This document shows, piece by piece, positions 9,141-17,450 of a stretch of DNA of 64,000 bases (positions within the stretch are counted from its first letter, which is position 1; each line of letters opens with the position of its first letter). Origin of the DNA: Patescibacteria group bacterium. GTDB taxonomy: Bacteria; Patescibacteriota; Minisyncoccia; Phycocordibacterales; Phycocordibacteraceae. The DNA lies in assembly GCA_019744845.1 (NCBI GenBank), contig JAIETW010000001.1, positions 418,859 through 482,858 on the forward strand. Direction: 5' to 3'. The notes under the pieces are model-generated. The model did no database searches, was not told the origin of the DNA, and saw only the letters and a program-made list of their open reading frames with translations. A program made the translations under genes and the position numbers.

Positions 9141-9697
9141 GGCTTTGGTTCTCGGGTTTTAAGGACCATAATCAGTATCAAAAGCCCAAATACCTGGATT
9201 TGTTCTATGGCCGCTCCCACAAAGGCTGCATTCCGGAGCCCCTCGGAAGCTTCGGCCATGGTCCCTAGGTCCTGAAGCACCTCCTGTTCATCCAAGGAAA
9301 GATCTCTTCCTTCTCCGATGACCATAATGCGCGCATGTTCCGCAATGAGCTTCTCTTTGAGTACATGGAGATACGCCCCTCCCCCGGCAAGGAGCGCTGC
9401 CATGACTTGGGTGAATCCCGCATATGCGGTTATTGGTCCCCGACCACGGTCTAGCACCTTCTGCCAAAGTTCATTCACCTTCATTAGAAGCTTGGACCGC
9501 TCCTCTGGATCGTTCTCCTCGTTCAAGCGAACCTGAAGGGCCCCCCAATTCTCAGCAAGACCTGCGAGCTCCTCCGCAAGCCGTGCCTCTTCTGCGGTAA
9601 TGGCTCGCTCAAGTGCCTCTCCAGACTGTGGATGCGGTGCCCGATCGCCTGAAGAAGGAATCATTACCGTAATTTTACATGAAAAAGCGCTATCCAC
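9137..9697 (-). CDS. hypothetical tail-anchored protein (coiled-coil N-terminus, C-terminal TM)
   Basis: 186 aa with C-terminal hydrophobic segment IQVFGLLILIMVL. ATGA overlap with the downstream ORF. Confidence 0.5.
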   Translation of the reverse strand: MDSAFSCKITVMIPSSGDRAPHPQSGEALERAITAEEARLAEELAGLAENWGALQVRLNEENDPEERSKLLMKVNELWQKVLDRGRGPITAYAGFTQVMAALLAGGGAYLHVLKEKLIAEHARIMVIGEGRDLSLDEQEVLQDLGTMAEASEGLRNAAFVGAAIEQIQVFGLLILIMVLKTREPKP

Positions 9698-9926
9698 CTC
9701 TTCATCCTGGGGTCATTGACCAGGCTCCCTCAAAGGGTATACTCGGTCAATCGGCAGATACGGAAGCACGAAAGAAATGGCCTAGGTACGCCATTTTTGT
9801 ATATATCGGATACCCCTGAATCATCCCTACCACGCTCTGAATTCACACAACTCACATCTAGTTTCTCGTGCGCACAATCACGTTCGCAAGATAGCCATCG
9901 CCCTCACCGGGCTTTCGGGGGTATCG

Positions 9927-10919
9927 GTGGCCTTTTTTGCGATTATCTCTCTTGTCCCAGGATCGGTAGGGGCCTTTTGGCCATTCTCTATCGCCTCAGG
10001 CGCTGAGGGTGAAAACGAGACTCCAATCCTCCACGATGAGACCCTTCCTCTCCTTAAAGCGGCAGTAAACCTAGACCCGAACCCTTCTAAGGGGGGTGTG
10101 GACATTGCGATGAGCGAGGGGTCCGCCCTTATCGCCAACAGCGGTCCTGCCGGCACCCTTCCATACCGTGAAAGTGGGGTAAAGAACGGCCAGATCTCTT
10201 TGTATACGGTTCGCGAGGGCGATTCCCTCTCTGAGATTGCCGATATGTTCGGCGTGTCAGTCAATACGATTCTATGGGCTAACGACGTGAAGAGCGCCAA
10301 GCTCATCTCTCCAGGAATGGACCTTCTTATTCTTCCTGTCTCCGGCGTGCAGCATAAGGTAGGAAAGGGTGAGACCCTTGCAGGAATTGCCAAGAAATAC
10401 GGCGCAGATGCAGACGAGGTCGCACTCTATAACGGTCTGGAGTCTGGTGCTGCCCTTGCCGCAGGTGAGACCATCGTCGTTCCAGGTGGTGAAGTGCAGA
10501 AGACCGTTGCAAAATCAACGAGCGGAAGTTCAGTGAAGTCTTCAGGAGGAAGTGCGCTTCCTGCGCTCTCTGGCTACTTTGGTAACCCACTTCCGGGTGG
10601 TCGCCTTACACAGGGTATCCACGGATACAACGCGGTAGACATCGGAGCACCGAGCGGCACTCCTATCTATGCAGCTGCGGGCGGTACTATCATCGTCGCA
10701 AAATCAGGCGGAGGATATAACGGTGGATACGGAAACTACATCGTAATCAAGCACGATAACGGCACACAAACTCTCTACGCACACATGAGCTCTCTTGCAG
10801 TATCAGGCGGCGCCGTAGAGAAGGGTGAGTTGATCGGATACGTCGGTATCAGTGGTCGCGCGACTGGCTATCACCTCCACTTTGAAGTACGTGGTGCAAA
10901 GAACCCACTCGCTCGCTAA
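9927..10919 (+). CDS. LysM-domain M23 peptidase (two LysM repeats plus M23/LytM domain); GTG start
   Basis: YTVREGDSLSEIADMFGVSVNTI and HKVGKGETLAGIAKKYGADADEV (LysM). HMSSL...GYHLHFEVR (M23 HxH). Signal-like N-terminus. Confidence 0.85.
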   Translation: MAFFAIISLVPGSVGAFWPFSIASGAEGENETPILHDETLPLLKAAVNLDPNPSKGGVDIAMSEGSALIANSGPAGTLPYRESGVKNGQISLYTVREGDSLSEIADMFGVSVNTILWANDVKSAKLISPGMDLLILPVSGVQHKVGKGETLAGIAKKYGADADEVALYNGLESGAALAAGETIVVPGGEVQKTVAKSTSGSSVKSSGGSALPALSGYFGNPLPGGRLTQGIHGYNAVDIGAPSGTPIYAAAGGTIIVAKSGGGYNGGYGNYIVIKHDNGTQTLYAHMSSLAVSGGAVEKGELIGYVGISGRATGYHLHFEVRGAKNPLAR

Positions 10920-10932
10920 GAGATAACAAAAA

Positions 10933-10965
10933 ACCGCACCCCATACGAGGTGCGGTTTTTTCTTT
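10933..10965 (+). terminator. rho-independent terminator after LysM-M23 gene
   Basis: ACCGCACC-CCATACGA-GGTGCGGT followed by TTTTTTCTTTT. Confidence 0.75.
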
Positions 10966-10968
10966 TCC

Positions 10969-11634
10969 CTACACTACCGCTGCCGGTTGATTCCCTGCGA
11001 GTGTCTTATATGCGTGCACTGCCGCAAGCATGGTCACCGGAACGGTAACCAACAGACCCACCACAAGCAAAAGCATGCCGACGATGTTAAGACCGAGGAT
11101 TGCCGCGTAGAGCCCAAGAAGACGCCACCGATTTCCTTTGGTGATGCGTGCACTTTCCTTCATTGCAGGCACAGGATCCATGCCGCGATCCATCACGAGA
11201 TAGAGCGACATACCAAACATCAACATGGCGATAATGCCTGGGACAATGAGCAAGATAATACCGAGAAGAAATGCGAAGGCAACCAAGATGGTGGTGAACA
11301 CATACTTCCAGAATGGACGAGGCGCCCACAAATCTTTCACAGTAAGCGTCTCTGTGTTCTCATGTGCACGAAGGTAGAACTGCGTCACTCCCATGTTGTT
11401 CAACACTATATTGATGTAGACGGAGACGAGTGAGAGCAGTACAAACGCAATCAAGAACAAAATGATGGCAAGCGGGCTTGCCGTTGCCTCAAATCCAAAC
11501 TGGATTGCGGAGCTCATGATGTTGAACGCGATGCTCACGAGTGCAAGCGCAACTCCTGCTTTCACAAAAATCCACGGACGCTTCTTAAACGTCGTCCATC
11601 CGAACGAGAGACATTCTTTTACCGAGAGTTTCAT
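10969..11634 (-). CDS. polytopic membrane protein of unknown function
   Basis: 221 aa with 5-6 predicted TM helices. Confidence 0.55.
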   Translation of the reverse strand: MKLSVKECLSFGWTTFKKRPWIFVKAGVALALVSIAFNIMSSAIQFGFEATASPLAIILFLIAFVLLSLVSVYINIVLNNMGVTQFYLRAHENTETLTVKDLWAPRPFWKYVFTTILVAFAFLLGIILLIVPGIIAMLMFGMSLYLVMDRGMDPVPAMKESARITKGNRWRLLGLYAAILGLNIVGMLLLVVGLLVTVPVTMLAAVHAYKTLAGNQPAAVV

Positions 11635-11651
11635 AGAGAGAATAATTATTC

Positions 11652-12002
11652 TTACAAATGTGCCTTGCAGGTACGCGCTGCAGGGTCCGCATTAAGCCGT
11701 GCGGGCTCAATCGCTTCGCCTGACACTTCGCACACGCCATAGGTCCCCGCCTCAATACGCGCGAGTGCGGCGAGTACGTGGTTGTAGCGAATCTCCAGAT
11801 CCTTAAGAATCGCCGTATTGCCTTCGTACCCTTCAATCAAGTCAGCAGCGTCGTTTGGATCTGACTCCTGACCTGTTTCTGGAGGGAGTGCCTCCCAGTC
11901 GTTTGGGTTCCCTGGGTTACGACGCCCGACGGTCGCAAGCTGTGTTTCAAGACCTTCCTTCTCTTCGGTAAGGCGCACTTTGTATTCGTTCATGTCGTTC
12001 AT
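11652..12002 (-). CDS. DksA/TraR-family C4 zinc-finger protein
   Basis: C-terminal GTYGVCEVSGEAIEPARLNADPAARTCKAHL typical of TraR/DksA. Confidence 0.7.
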   Translation of the reverse strand: MNDMNEYKVRLTEEKEGLETQLATVGRRNPGNPNDWEALPPETGQESDPNDAADLIEGYEGNTAILKDLEIRYNHVLAALARIEAGTYGVCEVSGEAIEPARLNADPAARTCKAHL

Positions 12003-12021
12003 GGTGGGAACTGTAGCACAC

Positions 12022-13335
12022 TCAAGGGGCAGCGGTTGCGGTAAGGCGGGACACCAATTCTGCGAACGCTGCTTCGTCGCGCGCGATGATCAATGTCTCC
12101 TTGTCACGGTATCCATAGAGAAGAATCGTGCGCTCGCGGTAATCCCGAAGGGCTCGCACGTCACGGCTCGCTACCACATCATCTACAAAGCGTGGAGGCG
12201 GGATTACTTCTGCGGGCGTAGTGGTACCTGTCGTTGGTGCAACCACTGGATCTACCGGATACGCAGGGTAGAGAATCGCGAGATCTCCTACCATGTCTAC
12301 TTCCCACTCAAGCATTCCGGCAAAGGTACGCTCAAAGGAAGAGACGCGCAGTACAAAGAAGGCATGCGCGTCCTGTTCGGTGCGTACGACACCGACGGTA
12401 CTTACATCTTCTATGTTTCTCAAAAGAATACTTGGTGCAGGAAGCTCCAGTGCACGTACGAGCACTCCTCCTGGCTGTGGGAAACGAATGATGTCGCTCT
12501 TTTCTGTAGTCGTGGCAGTCGTGATGTAAGTAATGAGGACGCTTCCTGGATCAAGATCTGGAGTGGCCGCATTGGCAAGGTTGCGCATAAGCTCATTGCC
12601 CGTTCCCGTAATTTCCGTACGTGCATCCGCAAACACGAGTGATGGTACGGCCTGTTCGGTCGGAATCACCGACAGGTCCTGCGACCAACGATAGGCCGCA
12701 TAGAGACCGAAGAGTCCAAGCAATATAAGCATCCCCCCGACGATGAACTTCGTGCGGTCTTTCTTTTGTGCGGCGAGTGCTTCGGGTGCTTTTACTCCCG
12801 AATCTTTTTCTGCGGCAAGCACAGAGAAGACCGATGCATTCTTGTCATCAATGTGTTCCGCAAAGTCGCTCTTGTATGTGTGAATCGGGGCAGGGCGAGG
12901 GGGTGTTGCTGGTTTTGAAAGAGGGATCGGAGGAGGGGGCGCTACCGGAGACGCAGTGGGCACTGGCTCCCCTGCCGCGCGTGCACGAAGGCGGGCAAGT
13001 ACTGCTGCACGCACCTCATCATCTTTCGGAGGAGCAGGTGGTATGGGAGTTGGAGGAAGCGGGGGAAGCGGAGTCGTCCCAGGCACTTCCGCACCAGGGA
13101 GTATTGGTGCCGCAGATACGATCTTCACTGGAGGCGCCGGAGTAGGTTTTGGCTCAACGACTGGTGCGGGTGTGGGCTCCACAGGCGGAGGCGCCACGAC
13201 TGGTGTCATGTTCGCGTCTTTTGGCTTCTTCCCACTTGCCGCTGCGACGTCTTTAGCAAAACTGCGCACATGAGAGGCGCGGTTTTGTGGAGCAGGAGTG
13301 TTCGCTTGGTCTGCCACGGTCTTTCTATTGTACAC
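12022..13335 (-). CDS. single-pass membrane protein with proline-rich cytoplasmic N-terminus and extracellular domain
   Basis: 437 aa. PLPPLPPTPIPPAPP repeats, TM FIVGGMLILLGLFGLYAAY, C-terminal globular domain. Confidence 0.55.
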   Translation of the reverse strand: MYNRKTVADQANTPAPQNRASHVRSFAKDVAAASGKKPKDANMTPVVAPPPVEPTPAPVVEPKPTPAPPVKIVSAAPILPGAEVPGTTPLPPLPPTPIPPAPPKDDEVRAAVLARLRARAAGEPVPTASPVAPPPPIPLSKPATPPRPAPIHTYKSDFAEHIDDKNASVFSVLAAEKDSGVKAPEALAAQKKDRTKFIVGGMLILLGLFGLYAAYRWSQDLSVIPTEQAVPSLVFADARTEITGTGNELMRNLANAATPDLDPGSVLITYITTATTTEKSDIIRFPQPGGVLVRALELPAPSILLRNIEDVSTVGVVRTEQDAHAFFVLRVSSFERTFAGMLEWEVDMVGDLAILYPAYPVDPVVAPTTGTTTPAEVIPPPRFVDDVVASRDVRALRDYRERTILLYGYRDKETLIIARDEAAFAELVSRLTATAAP

Positions 13336-13359
13336 GGCACCACGTGCACTTTCCCCGCG

Positions 13360-13875
13360 TTATCCGCGAGAAGTGATGGTGTATTTCTTTGGATCCTCGC
13401 ACATATCCGTGAATGCATGTGCCGCCTCACGAAGCTTAGACGAAGAAGAACGGCCAAAGGAGATGACCTCCACCTGGCAGCCTTCGTTCATGTCTAAGTA
13501 CTCAATAAGAGGGACGAAGTCTCCGTCTCCGGTCGCAAGAATCACGGTATCAAGCTTTGGGGCGAGTTTGACGGCATCAATCGCAAGACCGACGTCCCAG
13601 TCAGCCTTCTTAGCACCATCGGAGAAGATCTGGAGACCTTTCACCTTAGTTTCAATACCCATTTTGGTGAGGGCTTCAAAGAAATTGGTCTCATCCCCGC
13701 TTTCGGTGGAAATGACGTAGGCAATAGCACGCACAAGGGTACGTCCACCGACTGCTTCTTCAAGGATCTTTCCGAAGTTTACGCGAGCTTTATAAAGGTG
13801 TTTGGCGCTGTGGTAGAGGTTCTGAGTGTCTATAAAAACCCCGACACGCTGCGCCGGATGTTTGATTACCGGCAT
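13360..13875 (-). CDS. NYN/LabA-like domain protein
   Basis: VGVFIDTQNLYHSAK...TVILATGDGDFVPLIEYL (NYN nuclease fold motifs). Confidence 0.7.
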   Translation of the reverse strand: MPVIKHPAQRVGVFIDTQNLYHSAKHLYKARVNFGKILEEAVGGRTLVRAIAYVISTESGDETNFFEALTKMGIETKVKGLQIFSDGAKKADWDVGLAIDAVKLAPKLDTVILATGDGDFVPLIEYLDMNEGCQVEVISFGRSSSSKLREAAHAFTDMCEDPKKYTITSRG

Positions 13876-13925
13876 AGAATTGTATGAAAATGGTTAAGTG
13901 AGGGCGAGCGCCCTTCTATCATCTT

Positions 13926-13954
13926 ACCAAACGACGAACCGCCCTTCCGGGCGG
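13926..13954 (-). terminator. hairpin terminator downstream of rpsO
   Basis: Minus strand reads CCGCCC-GGAA-GGGCGG then TTCGTCGTTTGG. A second GGGCGAGCGCCC palindrome sits at 13903-13914. Confidence 0.55.
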
Positions 13955-13961
13955 TACTGCG

Positions 13962-14228
13962 TTACTTCTTCAAACCGAGCTTCTTGATGAGCGCGTTATA
14001 ACGGCGCTTATCATTCTTCTCTAGGTAGCGAAGGTGTGAACGACGATCGGCAACCATCTGGAGAAGACCGCGACGTGAGTGAAGATCCTTCTGGTTCTTC
14101 TTCAAGTGCTTGGTCAATTCATCAATCTGGCGGCTCAAAAGAGCGACCTGGACGTCGGCAGAGCCAGTGTCCGTGTCGTGTCGTGCGGCGTTTTTAACCA
14201 CCGTTGTCTTTACGCGCTTGGTAAGCAT
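13962..14228 (-). CDS. rpsO: 30S ribosomal protein S15 (ORF extends to 14249; MLTKR start preferred)
   Basis: DTGSADVQVALLSRQIDELTKHLKKNQKDLHSRRGLLQMV. Followed by a hairpin terminator. Confidence 0.9.
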   Translation of the reverse strand: MLTKRVKTTVVKNAARHDTDTGSADVQVALLSRQIDELTKHLKKNQKDLHSRRGLLQMVADRRSHLRYLEKNDKRRYNALIKKLGLKK

Positions 14229-14345
14229 GATTCGTGGACTGTAGCACATCTTGCCAAAAAACGCAAGTGTTTCCTAGTGTTTTGGCCCTCCCCAGCCTGA
14301 GAGGCCCCGTGGCATATATATTGTGCGAAGTGCTACACTTCCTTC

Positions 14346-15245
14346 ATGGAAGCAGAGAGCCTCAAGCGCCAATTTCTTGAATATATAGAAATAGAGCGCG
14401 GACGTGCGGTGAAAACCGTTGAAAACTACGACCGATATCTCACGAAGTATCTGAAACAGATGCAAATCAAGAGTGTCAAAGACATCTCGGAGAACAATAT
14501 TCGTGAATTCCGCATGTGGCTGAACCGCCAGGCAGGTGTTTCAGGCTCAATGAAACGCCGAACCCAGAATTATTACCTCATTGCCCTCCGTGCGTTCCTA
14601 AAGTATCTCCGAAAACGGGACATAGAGTGTATTTCCCCTGAGCGCATAGAGCTCGCGAAACTCCCCGAACGCTCATTGGACCTTATTACCTCCGCAGAGC
14701 TTGAGCGCCTCATGAAATCTACGGATGGAACGGATGAGAAGTCCCTTCGTGATCGTGCAATTCTAGAACTCCTCTTCTCCACTGGTCTTCGTGTGTCTGA
14801 GCTCTGTTCTCTTGATTCTGATATTGACCTTACCCGTGATGAACTTTCCGTACGCGGAAAAGGCGACAAGGTGCGTGTGGTATTTATCTCCCCCTCTGCA
14901 AAAGAAGCGGTACGTGACTACCTGAAACACCGTAAAGATATGGAGGAGGCGTTGTTTGTAAATATTCCTGCAGTAGGGAAAGCAAAACATCCGTCTCGTC
15001 TCACGCCTCGTGCAATTCAGTTGCTTATAAAAAAGTATGCCGCGAAAGCGGGTATCACGAAGAAAGTCACTCCACACGTACTTCGTCACTCCTTTGCGAC
15101 TGATCTCCTTTCAAACGGCGCAGACATAAGAAGTGTCCAGGCACTTCTCGGCCACGCCTCAATCAATACGACGCAGATTTACACGCACGTCACGGATGCA
15201 CACCTTAGAGAGGTGCATAAGAAGTTCCACGGAAAGAATAGGTAG
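14346..15245 (+). CDS. XerC/XerD-type tyrosine site-specific recombinase
   Basis: HVLRHSFATDLLSNGADIRSVQALLGHASINTTQIYTHV (R..HxxR..Y catalytic signature). 299 aa. Confidence 0.85.
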   Translation: MEAESLKRQFLEYIEIERGRAVKTVENYDRYLTKYLKQMQIKSVKDISENNIREFRMWLNRQAGVSGSMKRRTQNYYLIALRAFLKYLRKRDIECISPERIELAKLPERSLDLITSAELERLMKSTDGTDEKSLRDRAILELLFSTGLRVSELCSLDSDIDLTRDELSVRGKGDKVRVVFISPSAKEAVRDYLKHRKDMEEALFVNIPAVGKAKHPSRLTPRAIQLLIKKYAAKAGITKKVTPHVLRHSFATDLLSNGADIRSVQALLGHASINTTQIYTHVTDAHLREVHKKFHGKNR

Positions 15246-16040
15246 CTAGCGAGGTGCGTGCACCTGCTCACTCGTGGGCGCTTTGCGATCATATGCGTGC
15301 ACAAAGTACACAATCGCCCAGCGTGCGGCGTCATCTGACACGGTATCCTCTGACGCCTGAATCACATCGTGCCATGCGGCAGGAATCTCTCCTGCTGTAA
15401 GATCGGGGAAATGGAAGCCCGGCATAAAGATTGCTGTCTGATCTTTATGCACAATCTCGGTAAGAGTGGCGTCATTCGTACCAATACGAAGACCGGGTGC
15501 GCTTTCTGCCAGTGCGAGGGTGCAGCCACCTCGGTCATAGTGTGCACGCGCAAGAAACTTTCCCTTCCCTTGTGCATCATATTTCAAAAACCGTAGTGCT
15601 CGGTCAAGCGGACGCTCGGGATCTACAAAAGACGCATAGAGTCCAGGATATGTGACTTCAAGCTCCTGAAGCACGCTTCGTACACTCTCTTCTGCATGCG
15701 TAAAGATGGTGTGCGCAGCATCGGTAAGGGCCTTTAGTTTTGGCTCTCGTGTAATGGCATCTGCAAATTGCACCGAAAACTCAGGATGATAATGGAAGAA
15801 TTCTTTATAGTCGTAGTGTCCGTACTCTTCATCCTTCTCTCCTTGAGTGCGCATGTACCCCACGTCACTTCCCCGAGGATCATTCGGGTTCCGAATGAAG
15901 AAAAGAGAATTCTTGGTCTCTTGTGGAAGTGTGAGGAACTCAAAAAACTTCCCCGCAGCTCCTGAAAGCTCCTCCCGAGAGAGTGGAAATGGGCGGGCCG
16001 TGTGCGCACGCTCCTGAAGTTCGCGAAGAAGCTCACTCAT
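15246..16040 (-). CDS. hypothetical protein, possible 2OG-Fe(II) oxygenase-like fold
   Basis: 264 aa with HYD...H pattern (AHYDRGGCTLAL...PGLRIG). Weak resemblance only. Confidence 0.35.
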   Translation of the reverse strand: MSELLRELQERAHTARPFPLSREELSGAAGKFFEFLTLPQETKNSLFFIRNPNDPRGSDVGYMRTQGEKDEEYGHYDYKEFFHYHPEFSVQFADAITREPKLKALTDAAHTIFTHAEESVRSVLQELEVTYPGLYASFVDPERPLDRALRFLKYDAQGKGKFLARAHYDRGGCTLALAESAPGLRIGTNDATLTEIVHKDQTAIFMPGFHFPDLTAGEIPAAWHDVIQASEDTVSDDAARWAIVYFVHAYDRKAPTSEQVHAPR

Positions 16041-16043
16041 GCA

Positions 16044-16469
16044 CTAGTCTACAATCCCGCGTGTGTTCTGCACTCCCTCATTTGTATCCCCTATAAGGTG
16101 ATAAGTAGTGACATCAATACTTGAGCCTCCACCAAATGAGCTTCCCCCACTCACCGTAGGAATAGAAATGGTACGCACCGACTGAAGCCAGCTCACAATC
16201 GCATTAGGAGTCACAGGCTGGAAACTGTAGGCGCCACCTGACGTAGGAGTCTCGGTGGCCGGAGTGACTGACGTACGTACAGGCGCACTTGCTCCTTCGG
16301 ACTGCATCTTAAGAATCAAATAGTCTATGTAACTTCCTGTGCCTCGTTCAATGGCGTATACGGGCGTCGCTGAGAGCGCAATTCCGATAAACACTGCACA
16401 CACAACAATGAATCGTGAATAGTACATACGTTTCAGTGGTAAGGATTTCTCCTTCAAAGTATATCGCAC
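16044..16469 (-). CDS. small secreted/anchored hypothetical protein
   Basis: 141 aa with N-terminal TM/signal FIVVCAVFIGIALSATPVYA. Confidence 0.5.
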   Translation of the reverse strand: MRYTLKEKSLPLKRMYYSRFIVVCAVFIGIALSATPVYAIERGTGSYIDYLILKMQSEGASAPVRTSVTPATETPTSGGAYSFQPVTPNAIVSWLQSVRTISIPTVSGGSSFGGGSSIDVTTYHLIGDTNEGVQNTRGIVD

Positions 16470-17375
16470 CTATCCAAGCACTGGCGCTCCGAAGAGCACG
16501 TAGTTTCCAAGTACCAAGAGTGCAGCCATAAGCACAATGAGTACTACCGTGACAGTAACGTGCTTAAGGTGATGACGCTTAAATTCAATCCCCGTCACAA
16601 TCGCAAGCGCAGAGACCAATACAAATCCACAAAGAATGTAGAAGAACTGGAGTGTGGTAAGTGGAGACGCAAGCGCGCGATCAAGCACGGATACCGTTGC
16701 GACCTGTGGTAGAGGCGCAGCTTCCGTGGCACCAAGCACTGCAGTGTCATCTGACTCCTCAGTCGTTGCGACTGCCGTTTCTTCCGCAGGAATATCAGTG
16801 GGCGTCAGTGGGCGCACCTCTGCCGCAGCAACCTGTCGTGGCGTACCGAACATCTGTACGACAAACACCGCACGCTTCCCTTTGTGCTCCCCCACTGCAG
16901 TGGCAATACCAATCTCTGTAAACTTCTCGTTCAAAATATTGGCACGGTGAGTGGGTGACTCCATCCAAGCACGTTCTACATTCGCAGAGTCAGAGAAGTT
17001 CACCGCAAGATTCTCTCCGGCGTATGCGAAGGAATACCCTGCTTCCCTAAACCAGTACCAGGAATCAAGACCATCCGGTGAGTTGTGCGCAAAGTATCCG
17101 CGCGTCGCCATATCGTTTGCCTTAGCTTGTGCGGCAGCAACCAAGACTGGACTTACTGCAAGTTCTCCCAGATCACGCTCTACTCGGTCTTCGTTGGTGA
17201 GCTCTACAAGTGTTGCAGAGACAACTGCTGCCATTTGTCCTGAACGCACAAAGACATCTGCGTAGAGCGCGATGACTACGAACGCACCGATGATCACGGC
17301 GGAAGACGCCACGATACCGAGAACGCTAAAGAGATGGTGCGCAGGGTGGGCCGGCTTTTCGGTCTCCATTGACAT
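16470..17375 (-). CDS. CAP/SCP/PR-1 (YkwD-like) domain protein with N- and C-terminal TM segments
   Basis: GYFAHNSPDG...GENLA...WMESPTHRANIL...FTEIGIA (CAP motifs). 301 aa. Confidence 0.75.
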   Translation of the reverse strand: MSMETEKPAHPAHHLFSVLGIVASSAVIIGAFVVIALYADVFVRSGQMAAVVSATLVELTNEDRVERDLGELAVSPVLVAAAQAKANDMATRGYFAHNSPDGLDSWYWFREAGYSFAYAGENLAVNFSDSANVERAWMESPTHRANILNEKFTEIGIATAVGEHKGKRAVFVVQMFGTPRQVAAAEVRPLTPTDIPAEETAVATTEESDDTAVLGATEAAPLPQVATVSVLDRALASPLTTLQFFYILCGFVLVSALAIVTGIEFKRHHLKHVTVTVVLIVLMAALLVLGNYVLFGAPVLG

Positions 17376-17390
17376 ATTCAGATTTTACCA

Positions 17391-17426
17391 CATAACCAAA
17401 ATAACAAAACCACCCTCTCGGGTGGT
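17391..17426 (-). terminator. rho-independent terminator downstream of the 1035-aa surface protein gene
   Basis: Minus strand reads ACCACCC-GAGA-GGGTGGT followed by TTTTGTTATTTTGG. Confidence 0.65.
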
Positions 17427-17450
17427 CCTGTGTCGCCCTATCTGCCATGC

